Shown here piece after piece: positions 1 through 12,784 of a stretch of 64,000 bases of DNA. Under the pieces are notes generated by a model. It ran no database searches and was not told where the DNA came from. It saw only the letters and a list, made by a program, of their open reading frames with translations. The DNA lies in NCBI GenBank assembly GCA_032718475.1, contig JAUCBJ010006842.1:248001-312000 (forward strand). Direction: 5' to 3'. Positions within the stretch are counted from its first letter, which is position 1. Each line of letters begins with the position of its first letter. The translations under genes were made by a program, and so were the position numbers. This stretch comes from Nemertoderma westbladi (lineage: Eukaryota > Animalia > Xenacoelomorpha).

Positions 1-960
1 TTTTGTGATTTAGGGTATCAAAAGCCTTTTTCAGGTCTATATATATAGCGCAGGTAGAATTTTTAGTGTCTAAGGAGTCATGAATTCGTTCAATTACCGA
101 TAGGAGAGCATGAGTAGTTGTTATTTTCGGTCTGAAGCCGAATTGTGAAGATGTAAGAATAGAATATTTGTTTAAGTATGTCATAAGTTGTAGATTAATT
201 ATTTGTTCATATATTTTGGATAGCACAGGTAGCAAAGATATAGGTCTGAAGTTGTTAGGATCGTAGGGGCTCTCTCCCTTATCCCTTATAAGATGGAATA
301 ACTTGAGCTAATTTGAGAACTTTAGGGAAGAAGCCCTGTTTGATCGATAAATTGATTAGGTAGCTCAGATGAGTCGAGATAGGTTTAGCAGCGTGAATTA
401 ATAATTTAGTTGGAAAGTTGTCATTAGATGAAGATTTAAGGTTTAGATTATGCAATAGATACTCTACTTCTAGTGGGGAGGTTTCTACTAGAGAGAACGA
501 GTTGGATTTAGTGTGATTAATATAGCGGAGGGGAGAACAGGTAGAAGTGGGTATTTCATTAGCAAGAGTAGGACCTATAGTAGTGAAGTGAGTATTTAAA
601 ACATTTGCAATGCGGGTTGGGTCTGTAATTGTTTCAGTTGAATTATTGGTGCATAATATTAATTTTTTTGGAGCCTTTGATTTAGTAGATATATTTAGAG
701 CATAATTAATGATAAGCCACGTTTTGCGAGTGTTGTTAGAATTAGATTCAAATTGAGAGGAGTAGTAGTTACGTTCCGCAGCCCGTAGAGTAGAAGTTAA
801 TTTATTGCGATATTTTTTAAAATTATTATGATTGGCCTCTGATGGGTGTTTAATATAGATGCGATAAAGGTAATTTTTTTTAATGGTACAGTTTAACAAA
901 CTGTCAGTCATCCAGGGTTTAATTGTAATTCTCTTTGGGGGATAGATTTTTTAGGCACGT
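1..960 (-). mobile_element. CR1/L2-group LINE ORF2 fragment (linker plus start of RT), running off the window start
   Basis: ORF 279-911 (KKYRNKLTSTLR...KTWLIIN...FPKVLKLAQVIP) parallels the LINE at 36526-39507. After a frameshift it reads FRPISLLPVLSKIYE...FGFRPK...IYIDLKKAFDT. Upstream, HVPKKSIP...PWMT matches HAPKRCVP...PWLT. Confidence 0.85.
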
Positions 961-996
961 GAAGCGAGCGAGTGTCAGTATATGTAGCGGTAGGCT

Positions 997-1290
997 GGGG
1001 GTCTTTGTTTTGTACATGGGGGGGGTCTTTGTTTTGTACATGGGGGGTCTTTGTTTTGTACATGGGGGGGTCTTTGTTTTGTACATGGGGGGGTCTTTGT
1101 TTTGTACATGGGGGGGTCTTTGTCTTGTACATGGGGGGGGTCTTTGTTTTGTACATGGGGGGTCTTTGTTTTGTACATGGGGGGTCTTTGTTTTGTACAT
1201 GGGGGGGGGGTCTTTGTTTTGTACATGGGGGGGTCTTTGTTTTGTACATGGGGGGGTCTTTGTTTTGTACAGGTCTTGGGTCTTTGGTCT
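997..1290. repeat. Minisatellite, unit G(n)TCTTTGTTTTGTACAT (~22-25 bp, variable G-run), about 12 copies
   Basis: Directly visible. Explains the overlapping low-complexity ORFs at 908-1353. Confidence 0.95.
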
Positions 1291-1504
1291 TTATTTTGTA
1301 CTCTACCATATTTAATTATTTATTTGGGTTGGCGACCAACAGATAACAGATAAAAGGGTGTATTAAATTTAACTATTATCATAATATTCCTTAACATTTT
1401 AACATCTAAATAACCGACAATTGTATATATTAAATATTTAATTGCAATACAGCGGTGAACAAAATATGGGTATATTTAATTTATCAATTAATTATATATA
1501 CATA

Positions 1505-3997
1505 TTCCGTATATTATCTAAATATAGTAGATATAAAACACCATATAGCACAAAGTACAAATTGCACCACTCTAAAGGGCCCAACACCAAGTGGGGGGGA
1601 GATCAATACCGATCCGGGAGGTCAGATCCCTGTACACCTGCGCCGTCCCCAAATCCAAGACCCCGCCACGGCCGACGACCACCCGCAGACAGGGAGTTGG
1701 AACGGAGTAAGGAAAACTGGAGGCGCCTCCGAACTCCACCCAAGACACAGGCGAGGCCGCGTTCCCTCATGCTTTGCCGTCGCGAGACTAAGGTCTCGGC
1801 GAGGTGGCAAATAAGGATTTCGGCCTCCTTGCACCACACCCCGTCGGTGGTTCCGACTAGTGGGGTGAAGGAGATCCGACGATCCTCACACACCGCGCCA
1901 TAGTGGACCTTCTTAGCGTGGACCATCTGCTGGAGGATGGAGTCTAGAGACCGATTAACGTATGAGGGGGCGTCAGCGTTAACAATCGCAATGTCGAAAG
2001 ACACCACCCTCTGTTCGGGCCAGACTCCCCTCGCCAGGAGGTCCACCCACCTCGCGGCCATGTCTATCCAGGTAGCCAACTCCCCGAACGCAGTTGCTAT
2101 CAGGTCCCCGAACACCTCCCGCACATCGTTGTGACGCCTAATAATAAGCCCACCCGACTTACAGTTCAGGGCGTGCGAGGTCGTAAAAGGTCCCCCACAC
2201 CCCTCGTAGCTCGCTGGCAGACTAGGTGGCGTCATTCCGTACCTCAGATTGAGGTTGTCGTGGAACACCTCCGGGTCCAGATCAGTGTGATCAACAATGG
2301 AGGGCTGCGCAGACAACCACCCACCTGTCTTGTGGGTGACAGTTCTCTCTACTGTACGATGCCGTTCAGTTGGGACGCCAAGGAGAGCGGACTCCTGCCT
2401 CGCCTTGTACAAGGCGTCCAGGAAGATGCGGCTCGCAGCCAAGGCGGAGGTGAGGCACGCGGCGTGGTCTGCTACCTGAAGTGGGCGTCCGTTCAATAAA
2501 GCGTCCACAACCCCCACAGTCCCTGCAATCGAAGCTTCCCGAGCAGGTCCCTGTCGCATCAACGGGTCCCGGATCCCGATGCCGCCATGACGAACCGGAA
2601 GAAGGACCAACTCCTCGTCGACCATACCCGGAAGAGTTCCGAACACAGCCGGAATGAACTTGGCCAACAAAGCCTCCCGGATCGGCGCCAGGTCTCTCTC
2701 CTCTGTCTCCACCACACGAAGCAGAAAATCCCACTCTGCCTGGAGACACCGGGTCATACCTGTATGGGCAGTCTGGGGGTATTCCACTGCCACCTCTGCC
2801 AGGCACCCAATGCTCCTGACCCACCCTTCCACCTTCTCCGCTATAAAGTCTCTGAGACCCTGAGCCTCCCCGACATACCCACCCAGGAAGCGCTGTCCAG
2901 AAACTATTTGCACTCCCGAGTCCCCAAACACCTCCTGCACCCTCTGCGAGAACTCGGGTTTCACCACCAAGTAACTCTTTGTTGGCTGAGGGTTGTATCC
3001 GATACGAGGCCCACGGCGTAGCAGCTCAGTCCACCAACACCAAACATTGGGTACAGAACCAGCAGATGAAGCATCATCTGCATACCAACACTGGGTCTGA
3101 CCGAGGGCAGGTGGCGAAATGGAACCGGGTTGAGCCGAAGTGGCAGAACCGGATTGAGTCGAAGTGGCAGAACCGGGTTGAGTCGGTGCGGCAGAACCGG
3201 GTTGAATCAGTGTGGCGGAACCGGGTTGAGTTGTTGCGGCGGAACTGAGTTGAGTTGGTGTGGCGGAACTGGGTTGAGTCGATGTTGCAGAACCGGGTTG
3301 AGTCGTTGTGGCAGACCAGGGTTGAGTCAGTGTGGCGAAACCGGATTGAGTCGGTGTGGCAGAACCGGATTGAGTCAGAGTGGCGGAACCTGGTTGAGTC
3401 GGTGTGGCGGAACCATATTGAGCCAAAGTGATGGAACCTGGTTGAGACGTTGTGGCGGAACTGGGTTGAGTCAATGTGACGGAAATGGGTTGAGTCAATG
3501 TGGCGGAACCGGGTTGAGTCGATGTGATGGAACCGGGTTGAGTCAGTGTGGCGGAACCGGGTTGAGTCGGTGTGGCGGAACCGGGTTGAGTCGATAGGAC
3601 GAAACCGGGTTGAGTCGGTGTGGCGGAACTGGGTTGAGTCGGTGTGGCGAAACCGGATTGAGTCAGTGTGGCAGAACCGGATTGAGTCAGAGTGGCGGAA
3701 CCGGGTTGAGTCGGTGTGGCAGAACCGGGTTGAGCCAAAGTGACAGAACCTGGTTGAGACGTTGTGGCGGAACCGGGTTGAGTCAATGTGACGGAAACGG
3801 GTTGAGTCAATGTGGCAGAACCGGGTTGAGTCGATGTGACAGAACCGGGTTGAGTCGGTGTGGCGGAACCGGGTTGAGTCAGTGTGGCGGAACCGGGTTG
3901 AGTCGATGTGACGAAACCGGGTTGAGTCGGTGTGGCGGAACTGGGTTGAGTCGGTGTGGCGAATCCGGGTTGACTTTGTGTGTTGGAACCGGCTTTT
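1505..3997 (-). mobile_element. CRE-clade (RLE-type) non-LTR retrotransposon, truncated/internally deleted, 14-bp TSD
   Basis: ORF 1603-4014 has RT motif WYADDA, thumb region RFLGGYVG, a CCHC remnant (GCGGPFTTSHALNC), RRHNDVR, and restriction-like endonuclease motifs (DLLARGVW...FDIAIVNADAPSY...KK.HY). ATTATATATACATA is duplicated at 1491-1504 and 3998-4011. Confidence 0.85.
3120..3975. repeat. 24-bp minisatellite (CCGGGTTGAGTCGGTGTGGCGGAA), ~35 copies, encoding TQPGSATP-type octapeptides on the minus strand
   Basis: Directly visible. Lies inside the CRE TSDs and in frame with the RT. Confidence 0.95.
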
Positions 3998-4249
3998 ATT
4001 ATATATACATACATTTACAACCAACCTCATTTAATATTTAAATTGTTAAGGGGGGGGCTTAAATGGAAACTGCTGCAACAAGATACTGGTATATTTATTT
4101 TAACATTGATGTAAACAACAGAAGATCGTTTGTATTTAATCTAACCATAGCGAAAAGAAATACGGGTTTATTAATGTCACATCCGGTTCTGGTACCCTCT
4201 AGGTGATTAAAACAAAGTACTTAATAATAACATAGTGAACAATTAAAGT

Positions 4250-5155
4250 AGGACCCTTAAATTCTTTGTGTATAAGCCTATCTTTAGGCGTACCTACTAT
4301 TTACTATTTTTACTAACACCAGATAAACGGGCACATGAAGGGCAGATCAAAAAACAATGGTGGAGGTAGTAACAGTTCCGTTGCGGTGACGTAGATAGAT
4401 AAAGGGATAGTGCTTGTAGTCGATAACTAGCCGTGTCATTGACCGTATATCCGCTGTGAACGTCTTCTTCATACGGAGGAGATCCCTCCGTATATATAGG
4501 TTGTAGTTCAGCGGGTATATCTTGAGAAATCGTCAAACCCTTCTCGCTGAACTGTTTCCATTTAGATAGCCAACTAGAGGTATCTTCTAGTTGGACAAAT
4601 TTCAGAATGATAGGGGCTTTGGGGAAAGGCGATGACAGGCGGCAAGATGAGGGTTGGGGAGGCCAATACTGACCGCAATATCAGTAACGATTTTCCTCGT
4701 TTCAACATTTGTTTCCTTACCGGATAGAGAAATGGTTTGTGCTTCATACAGAATAATATTCCAACGGCGGCTATATACACGATCACTCAGATGCATCCTA
4801 TCTGAGGATGTTATTCGCTCAGAGAGGTTGTTAATCTTACCTTCCAGGATGGAAGAAAGCTACTTACGTTTTCTTTCAGATCCGTAACCGAATCACGAAT
4901 GGTGTACAATTCGTGGAAGACTGAGTCGAATTTACCTTCCATGTCATCCCTGAGGCTATTCATAGCGGAGATAATTTTTCCTAAATCAGTGTCATAATCG
5001 GGTAACACGTCGGAGTCAGCATCCCCCGCATCTACAGTAGTAATGGGGGAACACTGGGAACCGGAACGAAGCGAGCTGTCATCGTTCGGGTGATGGGAGT
5101 GCGATTTATTTCGATGTCCACCTCCAGAATGTTTATTGGGATTCTTAGAGGCCAT
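4250..5155 (-). pseudogene. Frameshifted LINE ORF1 (coiled-coil plus L1-type RRM-like region), probably CR1/L2 group
   Basis: ORFs 4811-5155, 4602-4796 and 4297-4536 join into coiled coil-YSRRWNIIL...ACHRL...TISQDIP, the usual LINE ORF1 signature. Same strand as the ORF2 fragment at 1-960. Confidence 0.7.
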
Positions 5156-6062
5156 ATTCCACTGAGATAGTTAAAATAGAGGGTGTTTATTACAGAATTA
5201 CTGTATTCCAGTAGGCAGCATGCCCGGTACCGGTACCATCAGTACAACATCATAGAGCAGTAGTGTACTCTATCTATTGTTCTCTTATAAGCCCTCTCTT
5301 ATATTTATAAATAAATATGGAAAACTATTGTAAATATTAGGAATATTGTAGAAAACAAGTTGAAAGCATTTGTATTATGTATTAGGTTCCGTTTCCATCG
5401 ATATACTAGCTTACATGAATGTTAGTAAAGTTTATTCTGCCACTGGTATAATTATTACTAATATAAACTACAGTAACAGTAACAGTAATACGTAATGACA
5501 GGAGTTACAGCATGAACCAGAGCTTAAGAGACACTTTTAGGAGATCAGAAATTACATTTAACTCAATATTGATTTATATATATTTGTGAAGTAAATACAA
5601 AGGTAACATGTGAGGTTATTAAATTAATAGCTGTCAGTTGGTGTACTTTTAAAACTATGTGATTAATGTATATAAATGTATTTTGAGATATTAAATTCAT
5701 GTTTCTCATGTTACATCTGTAAATAAATTAATTGTTTTAGGAATTATTATTTGGATTATTAATGGCTATTGGTGTTGTTGTGTCGACTTCATTCCTGTCG
5801 ACAGAGACTAGCTCGTATTCACTATTAGAAGCAGCATCTGTAAGTAAAATAAAATTAATATATTTAAAAGTATCCTGTAACACACACTGGTATCACCCAA
5901 TATTTACTTCCTGTGGCACACAATTTACTTATCTTATCAATTTACTTATCTAACATTAAATACTCCTTCACACACTAATTGTATCACCACCATCATGATC
6001 CATAACATTTACAGCTAATACCTATGAAGTTATAGACTGAATGGTGTAAAGTGTTCCTTCCA

Positions 6063-6255
6063 CCACCCTTGGCGTAGTGGTTTATTCAGTTGCCCTGTAT
6101 TCACATTTCCTGCTCCAGAGGTCATGAGTTAAAGCCCTCAATGGAGGCCAGAATGCCTTGGCATGAATGCTTTAAACCAACCAGGCAGTGCTATCTCTGC
6201 CTTGCATCCTAAAAGGTAGCTAAATTAATACCAGTTCAAGTATAATTTTGGGGGA
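6063..6255 (+). mobile_element. Degenerate tRNA-derived SINE, possibly with a Meta-type central domain
   Basis: A-box TGGCGTAGTGG, degenerate B-box GAGTTAAAGCC, then TCTGCCTTGCATCCTAAAAGGTAGCTAAATTAATACCAG, resembling the GCCTTTCATCCT...GGTCGATAAA...TACCAG core as recalled for MetaSINEs. Confidence 0.5.
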
Positions 6256-7920
6256 ATCGCTGTACAAATTACTTTTCTGAATTTGAAATCCCTGTCATGG
6301 AAAACAGAAGCACTGAACAGACAATTATTGGCAACAAGATTCTCAAAATGGGAAAATTAGGACATTAATTTCTACTAAATGTCAACTACGGCATCTTCCC
6401 AAGAAAGGAGACCTCAGTCGGTGTGTCAACAAACTTTTGGTTGATAATAGATTTGGAAAGATGGTGTTGATTTCGATGTTGATGTCTCCATTGTCCATTT
6501 GTTAAACTGCAGATTGCTATTACACCATTCGAGGTGATTGCAAAATAGGCCATTCTTTATTATTATCGTCACTCCTCATTCACATAGTAGTTATGTATTT
6601 ATAGCATATTTTCATTATAGAACAAGTTATTATTTATGGAGCAACTTGTGTTTGCAAAAAAGTCCCTCGTGCGAGAGGGACTATTAGCATTAAGTTGCTG
6701 GACAATCTCAGTAATTCAGTAATATGGTCTACAGTTTAGTACGTGCCAACATTTTTATATATGAAAAATTATGTATGAATTGCACCCTTTGTATATTTAC
6801 AATAATTAATTTATTGTTATTAATATATTTATCTACTTCTGCAGATGAGATTTTATAATATATAGAGACTATAAGTTTTCATGTTACGGCAGGTGGCCTA
6901 TTCTTCAGTTGCACTGTGCAATGCTTTTCTTTTGGTAGAAGATTTGCCTGTTGTAATCATCTCATGGTTAAATCTCTATCTTTACACACCTCATACAAGT
7001 GTCTGCAATTTATAATAGCTGCCATTATTATTATATCAATTTCGATGACAATTCATTTCCTTTAGAACAATGTTCTAGAATATAGTACTGTGATTACAAA
7101 GATATTAGCATAACTTTTTATTTTTTTTTTTATTTTTATTATTAACTAGCAATTTTAAAATTGAAAAATTACTAGCTATAAGTTCCAGAACACTATATAT
7201 ATTTAATAAACATTCTAGAATAGTATATTATTTTTTATATCTATATATTTAAAAGTAATAATAATATATATTTTAATCTGTCTTAGAACTGGAAATCATT
7301 GCTGTGGTATCCATGTGTTTTTTAAATGTTGGTAGGTAGGTAGGTACTAAACCGTTCCCATAATATGAATAGTCATTTTTATTAGATAGTCAGGGTAACT
7401 CGTAATTATTTACAAGCTAGTTTTTTTATATAAAATATAGATGGGTGTCAAAATACAGTTTCTACCATTCAGATATGTATATTATATACATTTTTTATTT
7501 GTTTATTATTTAAATTTATTTATATTTTCATTTATTTATAATTTAAATTTAAACATTTTTGTCTGGAAATTGAAAAGTGATAGTCCAGATATTTCAATTA
7601 TAGATGGAAACTAGGCATTGTATCATATTGCTTGGCCTAAGTCTGGCACTGTTATTACCTTATTTGAATCCCTATTGCGAAATTGATGATGAAACTGCGA
7701 AACTGATGTCAAGTAGTTGTGTTTGACAAATATATTGAAGGGTCTGTTAAGAATCATGAAAGATACAGGAGAACTGCTGGACATTCCACTGAGATATAAG
7801 GATGTCTGAAACAACAATACTTCCATCACACGAGATCACATGAATCATTGTATTAATAACCGGCTACTAATCAATCTGCTATGCAGCATTAACACTTCAT
7901 CAAGTGTCATAATGCTAGAG

Positions 7921-8242
7921 ATACTATATAACATTGGAGGTGTCACATTGGTTCCCCCAAGCTTGACACTAGAACAAAACCGCCTTCGCTTTGCAGGACA
8001 TTGCTTTCGCCGTGAGGACCAGCCCGTGTATAATCTTGTACTTTGGCATCCTCATGGAGTGAATAAGCAAGGTGGACAGCCCATGACTTTCTTGAGACGC
8101 ATCTTAAAGGACACTGGCCTTGAAGATGCGGATGATCTAGCAAACGTCATGGGTGATAGGGAGTTGTGGCGGCGCAATTTTGTCGACAAGCCAGCACAGC
8201 ATTCTTAAAAATGCAGCTGCAATGCAGCATGCCGATACTAGT
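7921..8242 (+). mobile_element. RTE family 1, 5'-truncated 3' end with 12-bp TSD
   Basis: RLRFAGHCFRREDQPV...DRELWRR C-terminus. TSD ATAATG(C/T)TAGAG at 7909-7920 and 8243-8254. 3' end GCCGATACTAGTA is shared with the next copy. Confidence 0.9.
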
Positions 8243-8778
8243 ATAATGTTAGAGGAAGAAAACTCAGTAGGAAATCAAGAAGAAATGATTGTTCAATTAT
8301 TAACCTTAATAAGAGATTATCTAAATTCTAATTCCAGTAAGAAATACCTTAACCACATTAAAGCAACCATGGATGATAATGTGTTCTGCTTGTCTAGATG
8401 TCTACTTTTGTTGGAAATGGCAACTAAAATTAAAAATCACAATGAAGATACTAACTAATGACTTTAACGAAATGTCTAAGAAATTTGGTGAAAAGCATAG
8501 CAGCTTACTGGCTGTGATAAAGTGAGCTATCTGATTGGCCAAGGTAAACCAATGGCACTAACTGTTTTGCAATGAATCAGGTAGTGGCAACTTGTCTTTG
8601 CTGGGTGATATTACTGCTTCACTCAAACAAGTAAAACAACCAGGATATGGGTCCATTTATCAGTAGTATGGAACAAAAGAAAAGTGTCCTATGAAGCAAT
8701 TAATTGCACTTCCAGATTTTTCTTGGAAAGAAGAGCCCACCAAAATTGAAGACATTACCACCAACCGATGAAGCCCTT

Positions 8779-9982
8779 TAGCTCAAGCCAACCAACCACC
8801 AAGGTTCAGGCTGAATCACCAGCCGATCGCCTCAATGGTTGGAAGGCCCACTTTGAAAAGCTCCTCAATAATGACAGGGTATTGCCTGATAACTTTATAG
8901 AAGTAAAAGTGTCTGAGTCTGTACTCCCAGATATTCCCATTGGTGATATCTCCTTTGCAGAAGTGAAGGCTGCTGCAAAGAGCATTAAGACCAATCGTGC
9001 CAGTGGAGTAGATGGTGTTCCCCCTGAGACACACTTGCACCATTCTTGTTCATAATTGTGGTTGACTATGTTCTACGCATGTCCTTAGATCATCATAGTG
9101 ATGATGGGGTGATGATAACTCCACCTACTGGCTCCAGAAGTCGAGGAAATCCTGCCAAGTACCTAACTGATCTAGACCTTGCTGATGACTTAAGAGTAGT
9201 CTCAGAATCACTAGAGGGAGCCCAACGGCTCCTCAGCTCATTAGAACATGCTGCTTCTAGTGTTGGTCTTTTTATTAACTCCAGAAAGACCAAAATCTTG
9301 ACAGTTAACTTTGAATGTTCTCAGCAAGTCTCTGATCAGATGCGCATAAGCTCAAAGGATGATGCTTGAACATGTGGACGACTTCTGTTACCTGGGATCA
9401 TGGATCCGTAAGTCAGGTGAGGACCTTCGAATACGTAAGGGAAAGGCATGGGCAGCCTTGAATGGGCTTTCCAGGATTTGGAAGTCACCGAGAATTAATC
9501 GGAAACTTAAGGTCCGATTATTTAGAGCAGCAGTAGTTCCAGTACTCCTCTATGGGAGTCCATGCTGGGCTCTAACTGCACCAAATCTCTGGATGGCACA
9601 TTCACAAGAATGCTACGCCGGGTTCATTGTGTCAAGTACAATGCACACATCTCCAACCAGACACTATATAACATTGAAGGTGTCTCATTGGTTCCCCCAA
9701 GCTTGACACTAGAACAAAATCGCCTCCACTTTGCAGGACATTGCTTTCGCCGTGAGGACCAGCCAGTGCTTAATCTTGTACTTTGGCAGCCTCATGGAGT
9801 GAATAAGCATAGTGGACAGCCAATGACTTTCTTGAGACGCATCTTAAAGGACACTGGCCTTGAAGATGCGGATGATCTAGCAAATGTCATGGGTGATAGG
9901 AGTTGTGGCGGCGCAATTTTGTCGACAAGCCGGCACAGCATTCTTAAAAATGCAGCTGCAATGCAGCATGCCGATACTAGTA
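8779..9982 (+). mobile_element. RTE family 1, 5'-truncated and internally deleted
   Basis: LDLADDL, FCYLGSW, LLYGSPCWAL and RLHFAGHC motifs. The RT N-half is deleted at ~9030. Inserted between CTT (8776-8778) and CTT (9983-9985) in the Academ frame. Confidence 0.9.
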
Positions 9983-10787
9983 CTTGTAGAACATATTAAA
10001 AGATCCCATCTACACGCAATGATATGGAAAGAAGCCAACAACTTTAATCCACCTGAACTTCCGATATTCGATCTTGGATGGGAATTGACAGTAAATGATG
10101 CACCAAAACCTTCCACTGGGATGTCTGTTTTCGCTCCTATGGAACCTGTGAAGATAATCGAATGTACTTGCAAGACCAAGTAGACCAAGACCTGTTCCTG
10201 GCAAAGCAATTCCATTTCATAACACCCCTCACCAAAATGAAATAGAAACAACGCTACTGTTTAATTTCTGCTGTCACTACAAACGAATTTCTGACTGAAA
10301 TGGTTGTGTCATATTTCAATCCAGCCCCCCCCCCCTTCCCCCTCATTATTTTTCTACAAATCTTGCTGAGATCGTATTAATCAAGAAGGGATTGTTTCCC
10401 CTCCATCTTAAAGAAGGATGAGTAAGAATAATATTGTTGTCATTTTGATCAATGGTAAAATAATTGCTTAGTTATGAACATACTAAATTTATGTGTTTTT
10501 GTAACAGCGCATGGCTGTTTGATAGCCAAACATTCGAGGATGTAGTTTTCGAATATTATTATTCCAGAACATAGTTTTCAAATATTATATCATTATTGTT
10601 CAAAATTCTAGAATGATTCTTCTGATTTATTCTAAAACTCATTATTCTGTGTAGGTCAGTCTTCATTGATATTCCATTCTAGGCCATTATACATGCCCTC
10701 TTAACTTTCGTTGGTCACTCAACAATGATATAGAACATACTAGCTCATTCTAGGAAATTATTCTACTTTGTAGCATGTACATGTACA

Positions 10788-11080
10788 ATGAACATATACA
10801 ATGGTAGCAAAGAAGACAGTGAATCATATATTGTCGATAATATTACTCTACGTCATTGTGCTTCTTACATTTATTTGGGCTTCCTATTTATGGCTAATGG
10901 CAAAATATCATCCGTTTTGAAATTATATGAATCACTATGTGAAAAAACTGTTAATAAATGTAATATACCTTACAGAAAATACCTCAATACCGTATCCTCT
11001 TAAGTGGAAGGTATTTGATTCATGTGCTGTTGAGTCGCTATTGTATGGACCTGAGTCATGTCTTTTAAAAAGCACTAAAG
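10788..11080 (+). mobile_element. Highly decayed LINE RT C-terminal fragment (RTE/RTEX-like)
   Basis: YIYLG and KVFDSC...SLLYGPES motifs across two frames. Confidence 0.5.
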
Positions 11081-11874
11081 TTATACCCCTGTGCGAAATA
11101 TTTCAAATATGCAAAACTCAAAAACACACCCAGTTCCTCCTACTAATAAATTCACTGGATTTTACTCAAAACGACCCTCTTGGCACTGGACCCAATACGG
11201 TCCCGTATTCTAGCAAAATCGTTACAGCTACTAAATTCTATATGTACCATAACATAATAGTTTAAAACCTGTTTAAAACCAATGATCCCTGATTATAAAA
11301 GAGTTAGTATATCTCTAATGCATTTAATGTCATACAAATTGAAAGTAGAAACTAGACGCTCCACAAACTTTCCACTACTACTGAGTTGATCTCTCTTTTT
11401 ATTGGCTGATAAATGTAGTAGAAAAAACAAATATTAGGCACGAGACAAGAACACAAAACACGAATACAAACACAAAACAATTAAAAACTATACTTTGTTA
11501 ATCAAGTATTTAGTATTTGATGTATTTAAAATGTTTTATTATGTGAATGGGCGGTAGCCGGTTGCCTAGTAATAGAATAGGCCAATGAGGGTAGCCCTGC
11601 ACCGTCCTCCAGGCCCAGTCCGCTGCGCCAATTCACCCTGGATCCACGGAGACAGTGGGAAGCCCCGAGGATAATGGCAAATAATACCCAAAAATTGTTC
11701 ACCACTTTTCAACTATGTCGTTTTAGATTCCGTTTCTCATTGACAATCGTTTCGTAAATGAATAACAACAGTAGGTCCTCATACCACAGAGATAGGTTAT
11801 TATGCTATCTATATTGATCAAAAGGATGAAGTGGTAGTTATTCATCAGTAGTTGTGACATAGTGTGAGAAAGAT

Positions 11875-12085
11875 ATTGAGGGTTTATCTTTAGCTGTGGT
11901 AATATTATATTAATTAAAGACCATCATGATAAACGTTTTCGACCTTCCGGTCTCCATGAGACTATGAACCTTATATTTATATAGACTCTCTAATCTTCCT
12001 GTTGATGCAGGCCCTGTAGGTCGAAAACGTGTACTATTGTATCCTTAATTATTATAATATAACTAACCACCTGAAGACCCTCAAT
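11875..12085. mobile_element. Inverted pair of degenerate hammerhead-containing terminal repeats (Penelope pLTR-like relic)
   Basis: Diverged arms of ~70 bp. Minus strand CTCATGGA-GACC-GGAA-GGTC-GAAAACGT (11933-11960); plus strand CTGTTGATGCA-GGCC-CTGTA-GGTC-GAAAACGTGTA (~11999-12033). Confidence 0.6.
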
Positions 12086-12784
12086 TTTTTATTTCAATTA
12101 TCATTCGTAATCTATATTAATAGCAGAAGGGATTGTTAACATAATAAAGCTATTTTTATAACTCCACCAATATTCAGAATCATATTTATCATTTTCTTAG
12201 GGTTTTGGAGTCCTGGCTTCGTTACTATGGTTTGTAGTGTCATATTTGGCATTCAAACGATGGAAATGTGCAGATAATTATGATTTCGTAGAATCTAAGA
12301 AAAACCAACAAATTACTACTGATGCCGGCCATTACAAATTAACCAAAGGGCCTCAACCAGGATATGATAAACAGGTTTACTAGTCTATCCATTGTTGTTA
12401 TATATATTATAATTAATTTCAGTGTATATTCATCACATAATGTTTACATCCTGCATAGGGTAGGATTATGTGCACAAAGCATGTGGAATTTACTGTTTAA
12501 ATGATACATTGAAAATAACTAACATCTTTCTCAACTGCCTTTTCAAATTATTTTTATAACAACAACTATTACTATACGTAATTATATATCTTTATTACAG
12601 TAAAACACAATTTATTATTTTCTTCATTGAAATTAATATCATATGAAATGAATGTATGAGGGCCATGTACTGTCTACATACTCCCATTATTACAATGAAA
12701 TTTATAATATAGGTAAGAAATAAAATTTACATATGTAAAGCATAATTGTGTATTCAAATCCACTTCTAGTTCCCTGAACAAACT

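Larger units (their letters stand above)
7590..10250 (+). mobile_element. Degenerate Academ (AcademX-type) DNA transposon coding remnant: XPG-like domain and C-terminal Cys-rich finger, interrupted twice by RTE
   Basis: Pseudo-translation gives IDGN.ALYHIAWP, VVFDKYIEGSVKNHERYRR, KLKTLPPTDEAL|VEHIKRSHLHAMIWKEA, LGWE...AP...IECTCK...TCS. These match the XPG plus Cys8 region of Academ proteins as recalled. Confidence 0.7.

Noticed and set aside
908-1353. Seven overlapping ORFs on both strands
   Set aside because: Translations of a stop-free minisatellite whose variable G-runs shift frame; not genes.
1603-4014. 803-aa mucin- or antifreeze-like host protein
   Set aside because: The C-half is retrotransposon RT/RLE, the repeats and RT lie within a TSD pair, and the start codon falls in the target-site flank.
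7073-7220. TTCTAGAA as heat-shock elements
   Set aside because: The motif is scattered everywhere, including inside TE ORFs, and is not in triple nGAAn arrays near a promoter. Treated as compositional bias.
11545-11690. GC-rich island, possible HDV-like ribozyme or SECIS
   Set aside because: Could not assign the nested pseudoknot or SECIS core by eye. Probably a TE UTR fragment.
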